DNA of 64,000 bases, from the NCBI RefSeq assembly GCF_009834535.1, contig NC_045697.1, forward strand, positions 116,314,001 through 116,378,000, read 5' to 3'. Numbering within the stretch: the first letter of the stretch is position 1; each line of letters opens with the position of its first letter. Positions 10,592 through 24,030 of the stretch are shown piece by piece. Both the position numbers and the translations under genes were made by a program. The stretch is from Camelus ferus (lineage: Eukaryota). The notes under the pieces were generated by a model. The model did not search any database and was not told the DNA's origin. It worked only from the letters and a program-made list of their open reading frames with translations.

Positions 10592-13259
10592 GGAAATAAG
10601 TTTGTGTCCAAAGCCATCTATTGAGATCATTGTAAACCCAAGCAGGAGACCCTGAGTCTCTCCTAAGTTATTTCCAGGCATCCAAGGAGGCCTCAAGTTT
10701 TGCAAAGGCAACAAGAGCAAAACACTTGCTTGGAGGCAAAAAAAAATTAATAAAATCTTTTTACCCCTTTTATGTTTTGGATTTTTCTTGCCTTGTTCTC
10801 AGCGATCGGCGGTGCCTGTATTTGACTAGTTTCCATTACCAGTAGGAATGTACTACCTAAAATTCGGTTCAGAGAAATCACATAAAGGGCAATTAAGAGA
10901 CAGCAGAACACGTCAGCTGTGCTGAACTTGCCCCACGTCCGTGTGCGGGGTTTGTGCCGCGTGGATTTAGCGGTGCTGGAACTACGCTTCCCGAATGCCC
11001 TTCTCTGCACAGTTTTGGGTCAGTCTGGGCCCGGGAGCCGTTTTGGGTGAGATCACAGGGCAGAAGGGACAGGCTGTCTGTGCCCAGGGCGTGGGCGCCC
11101 CCGCTGGGTCCTGCTGCTGTTGCGGACCGTTGGCTCACCTCCCGTGCCTCCTCCGTCCTCACTGACTTCTGGACCACGTGGTGGTCAGCCCCGTGAGGAA
11201 GGGCACCCGTTTTCACCACAAGTCCCCCAGATGATCCAATTTGGAGGCTTGGAGGCAGTGAGAGACCTACTGGGGGTCCAGCTAACCCTTGCGGGTGCCA
11301 GTGTATCCTGCAGCAGGAAAGCCCACCTTAAGGGATTGGGAGCACCGCGAAGCCCACCTGGAACAGACGCGGTAGCCAGCATTCTGGGTTTGCACGGTTG
11401 CCTCCTGTGCTCGCCCCGCACTGTGTGTCTCGCTGCCCCGAGACTCCCTCTTTCCCATTCTCACACCCACATTGGCTTGATTGTTGCCTCTGATCTACTG
11501 CTTGTCCCCCAGCATCTGAGTTGCTTCCCTGACTCCCCACAGTGGGGACACCACAGGCAGGGTCTTTCCTGTGGAGCTGGGGGACTGGGACTTCTGGGAC
11601 TCACCTCTCTGGTGCTAGCTTCAAAGGATAAGGAGCCAGGATACTGTCCTGGCTCCAAGGTCCGCCTAATGCAGGGGGCACTGTCCACAAATGCAGGAAG
11701 GTGTGCATGGACTGAGTGACTGACAAGTCCTTGAGAGCTTTACCGTCTGGCATCTTCCTTCATCACATTACGCTACCTTCCACATTTGACTGACTGTTCT
11801 CCCGCCCAGAGAGTCATCCTGAATTTCTTTTTCATCCTTAAACTGGGTCAGTAATGATCCCAGCATAAAAGGATGAGGCCGAAGGAACACATCGCTGTTT
11901 ACTCTCGGTGCTCACGTCTTTGCCTGGAGTAGACGCGTGTTGGCGGAAAGGGCAGGGGTCCTCTGCGGTATCGCTCTCCCTTCTCATTCAGAATGCCTCT
12001 AACGCCACTTTCTCGGTGATTTATTTGATTTGCTCGCTCACAGAGCACTGCTGAGAGCAACTTCAGAAATAGGTTTCAGACAAATAGCTTCCACCTGCTC
12101 CTTACAATCCGCACTCTAGCCACCCAGCAACCGTTCTCCCCAAACCTTTTCAGGGTGGTGGCTACTTCTGTTCATGCTCCCTTAGAGGAGAGAGAAATGG
12201 AAGAGTGGAGACACTGCAGGTGCAAGGTGGGGAGCCACGGGAGGGACTCAACTCCAAGGCGATGCATTTAACCCCTCCTGCTTCTAGTGACCCAGCTGCG
12301 CTCACCCGGTGTCCCCTTGCGGGGAACAGGCTGCTGTAAAAATGAGAAAATGAGAGCCCAGCAGGACTCCCACTTAGCCTTTTTAACTGACAAACAAGCA
12401 CCAAGTAGCTAGGCTGCAACCCCAAGGGTTTACCAAAGTAGAGGACAATAAAGCAGAGAAGATGGCAATCTAGAAAGCCTCCCTAAGGAGGAAGGGAAGG
12501 GGAAAAGAAGTCATGGCAGAATTAATCCTTCCCCCTTTGGTGAACTAGAAAATTGGAAAGTAGAAAAAAAAGATCTGTCACTTAAAAATGATTGCATTTC
12601 TCCCAGTAATCATTAACATGAAAAAGTAACCCCTGATGGTGCGGAGGTGATGTTATTTTGTAACTGGTGAGCACGGTGGTAGTAAGAGGGCTGAGAGTTC
12701 CGTGTAAGGGACTGCTTTCTGTAACCTGCATGTCACATGTTTATTCATTTATCCCTCAAACATTTATCACACATCAGGAAACAGGCATGCTCTGCATTTG
12801 TGTATCGGTTAAGGGAGGGAAAGAAATCCAAGGCAAAACAAATCTGGGACTTTCCAATTCTTTTAGTTTAGCGTCAGTGAACACCAAAGAATATTGCTAA
12901 ATGATTTACATTCTTACAGGGCTTGGAAGTCCCCAAATTGATTTTCCCGTAATTCAGTAAATATATAATTTTATTACCATCACCGTGATGACAACACATG
13001 AGGAAAATTGTCACAATTTGTACTAACAGTTTAGGAATGTCTATGGAGAGGTCAACGTAGGTGATAAATACCCATCCTCTACCTGTGCAAAGAAAATATA
13101 GTAAAAGCATAAACAGAGAATTAGACCACCACTTGGTGGACTGAAGGCAACATAGTGTGTCATTTAGAATGTGTTTCAGGAGAAATAGACCCACCAAGGT
13201 TGAGTGCCATTTGGGGTCACACGCTAAAGCATGAATGTTTAATCTAAGACTAATTTTCT

Positions 13260-14320
13260 CATTTTTTAAATTTTTTTAAATTGTAGTAAAATGAACGGAA
13301 CATAAAACAGTATACTTAAATTTAAAAAAAACATAGAATGGTAAATACTTTAAAAGGTACAGTTCTGTAGCGTTAAGCACATTTACACCCTCGTGAAACT
13401 GTCACCACCATCCATCCTCAGAATTTCTTCATCTTGCAGAATTGAAACTCTGGACCCATTAAACCCTCACTGTCTATTTCTCTCTCCCCAGCCCCTGGCA
13501 ACCACCATTCTCCTTTCTGTTTCAGTGAATCTGACTACTTTAGTAATTGCATACGAGTGGAATCACATGAAATCTGTCTTTTTTGTGGCTGGCTTATTTC
13601 ACGTAGCACAGTGTCCTGAAGATTCATACACGTTGTAGCTTGTGCCAGCATTTCCCTCTTTTTCAAGGCTGAATAATAATCTATTGTGTGTTGTTATGGA
13701 CTGAAATTTTTCCCCCACCAAATTCAGGTGTGACTGTCTTTGGAGATGAGTCCTTTATGAAGGTAACTGAGGTTGAATGAGGTCATAGGGTGGGACCCCC
13801 ATCCCACGGACCTGGTGACCTTATAGGATGAGGGAGGCACAGCAGGGTGCTTCCTCTCTCTTTGGGGGCAGAGGAAGACCCCCTGAGGGCACAGAGAGAC
13901 AAGGGGCCATTGCAAACCAAGGAGAGAGCTCTCACCGGAAACCGACCCTGAAGGCACCTTGATCTTGGACTTCCAGCCTCCGGAACTGGTGGTGTAGCCC
14001 CCAGCCGGAGGTATTTTGTTATAGCAGGCCTCACAGACTGACATGTATGCAGAGAGCACATTCTGTCTGTCCATCCATCCACTGATGGACGCTTAAGCTG
14101 CTTGATTTACCTTTATATGCTGCTCTGAATAGGTGTCCAAACACCTGTGACGGCTGCCGCTAGCATTCCTCTGGGCAAGTACCCAGAAGTGGAATTGCTG
14201 GATCATATGTTAATTCGATGTTTAATTGCTTGAGGAATCATCACACCACTGTCTACAGCAGCTGCACCACCTTACGTTCCCTCTAGCAAAGCACAAGGTT
14301 CCCATTTCGCTGTATCTCTC
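13260..14320 (-). mobile_element. Old L1MA/MB 3' fragment, split by an MLT1A LTR
   Basis: cccagcccctggcaaccaccattc...ggcttatttcacgtagca...aaggctgaataataatctattgt; resumes after 14043 with ccatccatccactgatggac...cccagaagtggaattgctggatcatatg. Confidence 0.85.
13692..14043 (+). mobile_element. MLT1A-type MaLR solo LTR
   Basis: tgttatggactgaa...ggcaccttgatcttggacttccagcctccggaactg...gtattttgttatagcag...gactgaca. TG..CA ends, 5-bp TSD tgtgt/tgtat. Confidence 0.85.
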
Positions 14321-14499
14321 ATTATAAAAACATTTAAGGGCGGCGTTTCAGTTACGGCGAGGACACCGTGGTCGCTCTGTAATAATTGTGGACCTGGGAC
14401 TCATGACGACCTATTCAAACATGTCAGTTAATTTGCTTTCCAGAAGCAGTAATGCAACAGTATATGATACTGCTTTTAAAAGGGGGAATTCAAAGTTAA

Positions 14500-14610
14500 C
14501 CTTATTTATTTACTTTTGGGGGGCATTAGGTTTATTTATTTATTTAATGGAGGAATTGGGGATTGAACCCAGGACCTCGTGCATGCTAATCATGCACCCT
14601 ACCCTCCTCC
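14500..14610 (-). mobile_element. tRNA-Ala-derived camelid SINE (vic-1 type), internally deleted
   Basis: ggggattgaacccaggacctcgtgcatgcta. TSD-like ggaattcaaagttaac / gaaattcaaaataaac. Confidence 0.85.
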
Positions 14611-15858
14611 GGAAATTCAAAATAAACAGGAAGATTAGGTGCCAATTTGCATCCGCATTGCTTCGTCAAAAAATTATCATCAGATTCTGGTTATTCTTGT
14701 TAAAAATGAAAAGGCCACACACACACCCCTTCACCAGCACTGGCCTGTCCTATGTCAACTGAAATCTGTTTTCTCATCTTTCCTCTCCAGCTGGTCTAAA
14801 GGTATCATCAGGTCAGAAATCATCTCAGGAACCACCCCCTGAGTTGAGTTATAGTATTTGTGATCACGATGGTATCTGTGCTTAGCTCCGCATTTCACGT
14901 ACTCATGTAGCTCTTAAGTGGAGTTCAGGAATCTATTTCCTCGTGTAGCCGGTAAACGCTGTGTTAATACCCTGTGCGAAGTAGGATCTCTTTATAAAAA
15001 CTTTCCTTATAATTATTTTCAATTTTCATAGGCTTGAGGGGCCACATGAGGAATAATGTTCATGGACGTGGAAATAATTAACTCAGAAAAAGGAAAAAAA
15101 AAATCGAAGTTGCATAGCCATGTTTTCCAGCGTAGCATCAATACTGATTAAATACGCCAACCAACCCGGGGTCAAGATTAAATCTTTTACTTATTCTATA
15201 TTTTAAACTGTCCTTAAACTGTCCCCTGCACACCTCAGAGAGTCAGGACATGTATTTCAAATATTAAATAGCTGCTAGGAGTGCTAAATATTCCCTAGGG
15301 ATTACTGACAGTGATTGCAGCATTTTGATTTCTTGGGCTCCTTCCGCTGAAACAGACTGAAGTTCAGTTGGCAAGCAAGAGTCAATATTTCACTGGCACG
15401 TCACTCGGACATTTTTTCCTAGTTTCAGGCTTGGAAGTTTAATAATTGATTGGGGGATGGGGGGCAAGCCCTGTTTTGTTCAACAGTTTTCTCAGCGATT
15501 TGGATAGAGGAAAATCAGGTTTGCAGAAGGCATCAACCTAGGGGAGAGAGAGAGAGAGCGAGCAAAAATGAGGTGACAATTTGGGTTGTAAGCGAGAATA
15601 TTTTAGAATTAGAGGCTCAAACTAACAAGATTATAATTTAACAGGAATAAGTCTGAACCTGGTGCTTAGGGTGAAAAATTCAGTAATACAAGTGAGGACT
15701 AGGTGAGATACTGTGTGATGAGTTGGTGTGGAGGTCATCCCTGACTGTGATGAGCCTGGAGGTTAGCGTGGGTCCCAGGAAACCTGCCAGAATCACAGGG
15801 GTCTCTGCTCAGCAGACAGCGGATGACACGGTAGCATCACTTTTGGCTAGGAGCAGCA

Positions 15859-15940
15859 CTTTTTTTTTTTTAATTGAAGTACAGTCAGTTACACTGTGTC
15901 AATTTCTGGTGTACAGCACAATGTCCCAGTCCTGCATGTA
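15859..15940 (-). mobile_element. Very short L1 3' terminus
   Basis: T-run followed by aattgaagtacagtcagttac...tgtcccagtc; TSD cagcac-T-rich on both sides. Confidence 0.8.
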
Positions 15941-15959
15941 CAGCACATTTTAAAGGTAG

Positions 15960-16275
15960 ACGTTAATGGACTGAAGCGCCCCAAGAGGCAGGATGGGGCG
16001 GAGCCTGAGCATCACGTCTCAGGAAGGACACTGGAAAGAAGTGGGAAGCTGATCTACAAAAGAACCTAGTGTGAGCCTCTCGCCTTCTCCAGCTTCTGAC
16101 AGGTGGTCCCCTGAGAGAGGGTCTATGAACTGAGATTCAGAATTCAGACCACTGTGGGACTGTTCCAGGAAGGCAGATTTCAGTTCAACCTAAGAAGGAA
16201 TAATTAGACCCGTCCCCGAATAGAATGTGCTTCTATCGCTGGAAATGTTTTGGCTGTTGGATGGACACCAGCCGT
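15960..16275 (+). mobile_element. L3/CR1 LINE 3' fragment
   Basis: aggaaggcagatttcagttcaacctaagaaggaa...ctatcgctggaaatgttt...tggatggacacc resembles the L3 3' end. Confidence 0.65.
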
Positions 16276-16749
16276 GGAAGGGAACCCTACCTAAGCGTAC
16301 AAGGTGACACCTGCTGACCAATCCCAGCTCCCAGAAGGCACTGGAAACATGGACCTCTGCACTAACACTGAGGCTGCAACCCCTGGATTTACGGCTGTAC
16401 TAATGTGATCGCCAAAACCTGCTGGCACCCCAAGCGGGTTAACACGGCCGTGAATGCAACAGGGCATGTCTTCATTTCACATGGGAATTTCGCCCTGGCC
16501 CCCACGGAGGAAGCCACCAGAATTCACCACCCGTAGCACCTAGTGACCCATTCTCGGAGCCCCTGCGTAGCAGCTGAAGCGTGGAGATTCTGGAAGATGG
16601 AATCACCTTCCCACCTTCCCATGGAGCAGCACCATGATATCCCTTCTTGATTCCAGGAATACACGAGTTATCATTTCAGAGGCCAGTATTAGACGCTCCC
16701 AGGAAACAAAACACCAGGGTCATTAGCGTTGGCACGCAGGTTAATATTG

Positions 16750-17055
16750 GCTAGAGGTGCCTGAGCACTTGCGCACTGTCAAATCCGAGCGGGCGTGAGG
16801 CTCGCTTGGAGGGGTTGCTAGGACACAGGCAGCTTGGCCCCACCTTCAGAGTCTCTGTTTCAGGGCATGTGAGGTGGGGCCTGAGATTCTGCCTTTTTAA
16901 TAAGTTCTCAGGTGATGCCCGTGGTCTTCCTAACTCTGCCTTCCGTGACATCGGACTGGGAGTCTGAAACGGGCCATGGTGGGGGTGTTTGCACCACAGA
17001 AACGAGTGTAAATTCTGCGAGCTGGTAGTCAAACATCTACCGGGAAACCACTGCT
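16750..17055. mobile_element. MER5A-like element followed by a hAT-Tip100-like fragment
   Basis: ggtggggcctgagattctgcctttttaataagttctcaggtgatgc; then ccatggtgggggtgtttgcaccacagaaa...aaacatctaccgggaaaccactg. Confidence 0.6.
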
Positions 17056-17739
17056 ACAGACTCAGAGCAGAAAGAAAACACGGGACAATTAAACATCTAA
17101 GGCAGCATTGCTCCAATTCACTGTAGCCGTGGATTTAATGATGGTTTCCTGAGTCCTGGCTACGTAACCACAGCAATATTTTCTCAGTTATAATCTGTTG
17201 AAAGGACTGAACATAAATGGAGTTCATGAAGTAACACATGCTCTTGGATTAAAGCGATGAAAGATGGTTTCAGACATTAATTATTTGCCGTAAGGAAAAG
17301 TCAACATTTGACGCATTTCCTAGATGTGTATTAAAATTAAATAAGTGAAAAGGAACCTAGACCTGTGATTATTAAATAAACGTACATATCACTTCATTAC
17401 TGTCCCCACCACCTCATCATCTCCACCGTCTCACATTTACTGACTGCTTAGAATACGCCAGGCACCACTGTCAGCTTTTTTACATGAATGATCTCACTTA
17501 ATTCTTCTCAAATTCTGTCACATAGATATTATTATCCCCATTTTACAGATAAAAACCCAAGTCACAGTCACAGGTATGTGATGCTGTGGACCAGTGCTGG
17601 AGGGATGGATGTCAGGCAGCCATGGATCTGGTGATGTCATGTGTAATGTCCTAGAAACCTCAAATCCAGCATTTCTTAAAGATAATTTACTGACAACAAC
17701 CACATTGCTATTACACAATCACTATATTCTTAAATATAT

Positions 17740-18459
17740 TCTTTTATTGAAGTATAGTTGGTTTACAATGTTGTGTTAATTTCTGGTGTAAACCATAGTG
17801 ATTCAGTTATACATATATATTTCTTTTCACATTCTTTTTCATTTTAGTCTATTACAGGGTATTGAATATAGTTCCTTGTGCTACACACTAGGACCTTATT
17901 GTTTACCTGTTTTATATAATAGTGTGTATCTGCAAATCTTGAACTCCTGATCTGTGGTAACCCCATTCCCTGTGATAACCATGTTTGTTTTCTATGTCTG
18001 TGAATCTGTCTCTGTTTTGTAAATAAGTTCATCTGTACTATTTTTTTTTAAAGATTTCACAAATAAGTAATATCATATGGTAATTTTCTTTCTCTTTCTG
18101 GCTTACTTCACTTAGTATGACAATCTCCAGGTCCATCCATGTTGCTGCAAATGGCAAAATTTCATTCCATTTCACGGCTGAGAAGTGGATATATATATAT
18201 ACATGCCACACCTTCTTCATCCAGTCATCTGTTGATGGACATTTAGGGTGTGTCCACATCTTGGCTATTGTATATAGTGCTGCTGTGAACACTGGGGTGC
18301 GTGTATCTTTTCAAATTAGAGTTTCCTCTGGATATATGCCCAGAAGCGGGATTACTGGATCATATAGTAACTCTATTATCAGTTTTTAAAGGAATCTCCA
18401 CGCTGTTTTCCATAGTGGCTGCAGCCAACTACATTCCCCCGACAGTGTAGGAGGGGTCC
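17740..18459 (-). mobile_element. L1 3' end (~720 bp)
   Basis: ORF 18038-18292 (-) MFTAALYTIAKMWTHPKCPSTDDWMKKVW is the L1 ORF2 C-terminus. TSD-like cttaaatatattctttt / cttacatatacctttt. Confidence 0.9.
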
Positions 18460-19369
18460 CTTACATATACCTTTTCTTCATTGCAGAAGAAAGCACTGCT
18501 AGCATCAGTGGTCTCCAAGACCATCCTAGCACAACGCTGGCTTTCCAGGGAAACAATGCTAACATTGGCTCCGTGGCATTAAACCATAACAGTCCGACCA
18601 TCTGAAGTCTCCTCTTTTGAGCTGCACCTCAGCCCTCCTCAGTGGTGCGTGGAAACTCTCAGCGTTTGCCCCTCTGACTCCTGCTGTTTCTGTTTCCATG
18701 AGGTTGACCTACTATGCCTGATACATTTTTTATTTCTCCATTATTATTATGGTATTACCAGCCTGTGATTGCTCTGACTTCAAAACCCTCTGTCTCGGAG
18801 ATTCTTCTGTGTCTATTTAAGCACAAGTCTAGATCCTGGGGCGTTTCTGTTTGCTCCCACTTAGTGTCGCCTGCAGTCTGTCTGTCATGCTCAGAGTTTT
18901 GTTCGAAGCCATAACATGACCTAAAATGAATGTTACCTGGGGTGAAAACTTAGACCCTCTCGAGCTGTCAGCATGTGAGACACATCCTGGAAGGAGTGTA
19001 ATCTCACTTTAAAAGGGATCTGACTGGGAGCAATTAGCTATGGAAACCTGAGGGGGTGGGGTGGGAGGTTTCAGGGCTGAGTAACCAGTCAAACAGTTGG
19101 TAGCAGTGACAGGGTGTGGACGCCCAGCCACCCCACCCAGCCGCTGGCCCTTCCCCGGCGTAAACGCCCTTGCTCACTTTGGTTTCATTTTGGTCGTCTG
19201 AGTAGACCCCCCTGGACTGCTTCTGTCTCAATCCTCTGCCAGTTATGTGCACTGAAGACCTCACCATCTCTAACAAACATTGCAACAACTTCCCCAGCCT
19301 CCGTGAGCCGCGTTTATAATTATTCACCAGCTTGAGTATCAGAAGATTTCACGAGTTGCCAAACTCTAG

Positions 19370-19685
19370 GCCAGCTCTGTTTAACAGGAATAAAAGGCAA
19401 ACCACAAATATAATTCAAAATGTCCTGGTAGCCACATTGAAAACAATTAAAACAGATGAAATCACTTTAATAACATATTTTAGGTGATCCAATATATCCA
19501 AATGGTTATCATTTCAATATGAAATCGATGTCTGAAGTTATTAATGAAATGTTTTACATTCTTCCTTTTGTACTGTCTTGGAAAGCTCTGTCTTTAAGCC
19601 AAAGCCTGCCTCAGTCTGGACTGGGCACTTAACAAGTTCTCAAAGCCACCTGGGACTAGTGGCTACGAAGTTGGAAAGCACAGCT
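19370..19685. mobile_element. MER33/MER3-like hAT-Charlie element
   Basis: ggtagccacattgaaaa...ccaatatatccaaatggttatcatttcaatatg...tagtggctacgaagttggaaagcacagc. Confidence 0.75.
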
Positions 19686-21256
19686 CCAGACTCGTGAAAG
19701 CTCAGATGAATGTTTTCTTGGGACATCCAAATATCCGAACGCCCAGCTGATGGGTTTTTAATGAGGTATCAATTAAACAGTCTTGCTTGATGTGTAGCTT
19801 TTATACCAGGTCATTATTTATAATAAGGATGAATAATAATAAATTAATTACGGTGAAGAACAGCCAGGCGCGTACTGTGTATAAATAAAAATGCATAAAT
19901 TTCTTAAAGTTGTGCTAGGCTGCAGAAATAGAACCACCATACTCTCTGCCAGAATTTCAGTTATTTATAATCAGGTCGGGTCTCTCTAGGCTAGGAATCT
20001 AGGAATTCAGAGAGTGGCTTCTTGAGCATCTTTAATATTTAACGGAGAAAACATAACACACACCAAATAGGCTCACAGTTTCCTGTTGCTCTTCACAGAG
20101 GGCTGAAAAGGTGGTAGCTCTTAAACAGCATCCAGTCTGAATCTCTTCCCAGTGTCCAGAATTTTCTTACCTGCAATAAGAAACATTCTTGCCCCCATCG
20201 GCAATCAGAGAGCCCTCTGCTTTCTGGCTTTCGGGTTCTGGGGACTGGTAGTTGAAGGTACAGCTTCAGTTCGCTTAACTGAATGGCTGGCATCTCTAGC
20301 AGTTGAGTTCTCTTTAGGGAGGAGTATTTTTCTGTCCACCTTGTCAATGGGAGGAGGGTTTTTAAGGTCTCTTTAGTGGGAGAAGAATCTTTCTTTTTTA
20401 GAGTACAATTCCATCTGATCTCTGTGTGCTTGGCACTGTGTAATCTCACTGAACATTTTGCACTCCGGGAGTGGAGGGCATTGCATTTAGGCATCACAGG
20501 TCTAATCTTGTACACCAGCGTCAGCGTGGGGAAGAAGGGCTGGGCGTGGCAGAAGTGCCGGAAAGAGCAGAAATGTTTAGCAGGTGTGTAATATGGTAAT
20601 AGTTACCGCCGGGCATCTGCTCTGCACCAGGTACCTGTACAGACACGGCTGACATCTCCTACACACAGCATCTCCCAGTTCTTATGACCACTGTATCAGA
20701 TTGTTAGCTGTACTTTCCTTTTTCAGACAAAGAAACCGAGCCTGTGAAGCCGGGTTTTGAAGCAGGTTACAAACATTTTCTGAAATAGAATTCAGATGAA
20801 GTACGACCCAGTCTCTTTTCCCCTACGCCACGATGCCTCCCAGCAAAGCCAAACAAATGAAAAAGGAACTGGTTGGCTGGAAGCCAACTGCAAACCACAA
20901 GAAATGCAGAATGAAAGGGCAGAATGTGAATTACACAGAGGGTGAGATAAACGTGGCTGGGGAGAAATGGGGCATTTCATCATTTCCCTGTATAATAGAA
21001 GAGGGAACAATTGAAGGGGCAGGAAAACAAGGGTGTCCTGAGGTGATCGTAAATATGTCTCCGCAGAAAATGAAGTTTCAGAGGAACAGGGAAAATCGAA
21101 GAAGTAGCAGGGACTGAATGAATAGAAGTGATGATTAAGAGACCAAAGGAGAGAGGAAAAATAACTCGGGTGACCGTTATATCAGTGGCTTTCAAACCCG
21201 TCTGACGGCAGCCCAGAGTGAGCAATGTATTTTACACAGGGACCCAGTCAACCAGC

Positions 21257-21258
<2 letters not shown>

Positions 21259-21286
<28 letters not shown>
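21259..21286. repeat. (TG)14 microsatellite
   Basis: Read directly. Confidence 0.95.
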
Positions 21287-21290
<4 letters not shown>

Positions 21291-22492
21291 CAGCAGTAAA
21301 ACACAGGAGCAAAGGCAACTCTGTAGGGAAAGGATAGTCTTCGAGACCAATGGCGCTAGAACAATTGGCTGTCCATACACCCCAAAAAATTCAACTTCAG
21401 CTCATACCTCCCATCACATGCGAAAATGGACTTGAAATGAATCATAGACCGAAATGAAAAACCTAAAACTATAAAACGTCTAAAGGAAAGCAGAGAGAAA
21501 ATCTTTGTGACCTTGGGTTAGGGGAAGAGGTTTTTAGATGCATCACCTAAAAGATGACCCATAGAGAACACGGCAATAAGTTGGTCTTTATCCAAGTTAC
21601 AACTTCTACTCCTCAGAAGACCCCATTTAGAGGGTAAAATTACAGAGACAGACTAGAAGAAAATATTTGCAAAGTACCTATTGATAAAAGACTTCTATTT
21701 GGAATATGCAAATAGCTCTCAAAAGCCTCAATAAGAAAACAACACAATTAAAAATGGGTGGAAGATTTGGACACCTCATCAGAGAAGACGCACCAAAGGC
21801 AAAGAAACATAAGACACTCAACATTATTGGTCAGTAGAGAAGCACAGGGTAAAGCTGCAGTGAGACGCCGCCACCACCTATCAGAAGGGCAAAAGTTAAG
21901 ACCAACTGATTAAGTATTGGCAGGGCTGAGGAGAAAGTAGGGCTCTCTCAGATCACCGCTGGGGGGATGTAAAATGACACGACCCCCTTGGAAAGCAATT
22001 TGGCAGTTTCTATGTACACCTACTGTAGGATCCCGGCATTCCATTTAGGTTTTTACCCAAGAGAAACTAAAGCAGGTGTCCCTGCAGAGATCTGTGCACG
22101 GTTGTTCACCACAGCTTTATGTGTATCAGCCCCAAACTGAAAACAACCCAAAAGTCCATCATCAGGGAGATGAATAAACTATGGCATATTCATATGATCA
22201 GATACTACCCAGCAAGAAAAAGGAACAAACTAGCGGTAATTGTTACAATAATGTGGATGATCTCAAAATAATTATGCTTAGTGTCAGTAGCTGGGCTAAG
22301 GAGTGTGTACTCCGTGATGCCCTTGATATAAAATTGTAGAAATTGCTAATTAATTTACAGTAACTGAATGCAGATAAGTGGTTGCCTGGGATGGGGATGG
22401 GCAGGAGTGGGAAGGGGAGGGTTTCCAAAGAGGCATGAGGAAATCTGGGGGTGATGGGTTTTTAATCTAGATTGTGGTGCTATTTCAGGGGT

Positions 22493-22848
22493 CGTGTGGC
22501 CCATCAGCAGGTGAGAATATAAGACGCACAATTAAAATTGAATTTCAAATAGAGGGTATTTTTTAGTATGAGTGTGTACCATGCAATGTTTGCAACATAC
22601 TTATACTAAAAGAATTACTCGTCGTTTATCTGAAATTCAAATTTAATTGTAGTGGGGAGGGGATAGCTCAGTAGTAGAGCGTATGCCTAGCATGCAGGAG
22701 GTCCTGGGTTCAATTCCCATTCCCTCCATTATATATATAAATAAACAAACAAACAAGCCTAATTATCTACCCCCAACAAAAAACCAAACCAAAACAACAA
22801 CCAAAAATACCCATAAACAAATTCAACTGTATTTACCCGGCACGCTGC
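22493..22848. mobile_element. MER53 palindromic hAT MITE (split by a SINE)
   Basis: ttgaatttcaaatag...tttttagtatgagtgtgtaccatgcaatgtttgcaacatacttatactaaaagaattactcgtcgtttatctgaaattcaaatttaa matches the recalled MER53 consensus; inverted arms are visible. Confidence 0.85.
22654..22818 (+). mobile_element. vic-1-type SINE
   Basis: ggggaggggatagctcagtagtagagc...ggtcctgggttcaattccc plus A-rich tail. TSD aaatttaattgta / aaattcaactgta. Confidence 0.9.
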
Positions 22849-23241
22849 TCGTCTTTACACACTTCTGCAAAACTTAAATTGCATGCTTTAAATAGATGCA
22901 GTTTATTGTATGTCAGTTACACTTCAATAGAGTTGTTTACAAAAAAAGAAGAGAAGAAATTGGATTAACCAAGGAAGATGCAATGACTTTCCCCAGGCTT
23001 CCCAGCAGTGGCAACCACTCCAAGGTCAAAGTCCCAGTGCCAGGCTCCCTAGTCCAAGAGCTCTCCCTGTTGTTCACAGTTGATGCGAGAATATGTTTGC
23101 TCCCCAGGAAGGAAGACTAGACCCCAAGTGAGGACATCCAGATCTAGACTGATAAGGAAATTTTAATGTGTTATCACGTCTGATCTCTGCTCTCCCATGG
23201 CATTGTGAGTCCTGGATTTCACCTGTTCACAAACCCACTTT

Positions 23242-24030
23242 ATTTTATTTTATTTTTTAAAATTAACTTATTTATTGAAGTACATTCAGTTACAACGTGT
23301 CAATTTCTGGTGTACAGCAGAATGTCCCAGTCATACAAATATATACATATATTCGTTTTCATACTCTTTTTCATTAAAGGTTATTATAAGATATTGAATA
23401 TAGTTCCCTGTGCTCTACAGAAGATATTTTTTAATCTATATTTTTTAGTGGATAACATTTGCAAATCTCAAACTCCCAAATTTATCCCTTTCCACCCTCT
23501 TTCCCCCAGTAACCATAAGATTGTTTACTATGTCTGTGAGTCTGTTTCTGTTCTGCAGATAAGTTCATTAGTGTCCTCTTTTTCCCATTTTTTAGATTCC
23601 ACATATGAGTGATGTCATATGGTATTTTGCTTTATCTTTCTGGCTTACTTCACTCAGAATGATGATCTGTAGGTCCATCCATGTTGCTGCAAATGGCATT
23701 ATTTTATTCTTTTTTATGGCTGAGTAGTATTCCATTGTATAAATATACCACAACTTCTTTATCCAGTCATCTGTTGATGGACATTTAAGTTGCCTCTATG
23801 TCTTGGCTATTGTAAACAGTGCTTCTGTGAACATTGGGGTGCATTTATCTTTTTGAATTAGAGCATTAGGGCATTGGTTATATGCCCAGGAGTGGGATTG
23901 CTGGATCATAGGGTAAGTCTATTTCTAGTTTTTTGAGGAATCTCCATACTGTTTTCCATAAAGGCTGCACCAAACTACATTCCCATGGACAGTGTAGGAG
24001 GGTTCCCTTCCCTTCACACCCTCTCCAGCA
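23242..24030 (-). mobile_element. Young L1 3' end (~790 bp)
   Basis: Well-preserved L1 3'UTR and ORF2 end. TSD ttcacaaacccacttt (23226) / ttcacaaactcatttt (24031). Confidence 0.9.

Larger units (their letters stand above)
21290..22950 (+). mobile_element. Old L1MB/MC ORF2 end plus 3'UTR, interrupted by MER53 and a SINE
   Basis: aaaacctaaaactataaaac...aaaatctttgtgaccttgggttagg...aaacaacccaaaagtccatc; resumes at about 22850 with atgcagtttattgtatgtcagttacacttcaata. Confidence 0.8.

Noticed and set aside
11120..11719. 199-aa ORF
   Set aside because: Non-ATG start in the track, no recognisable domain, no clear splice signals; expected by chance in GC-rich DNA.
20160..20190. - strand ttcttattgcAG|GTaag recursive-splice-like site within the 140-aa ORF 20093-20515
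   Set aside because: Opposite strand to the host gene, no partner exons, no protein homology.
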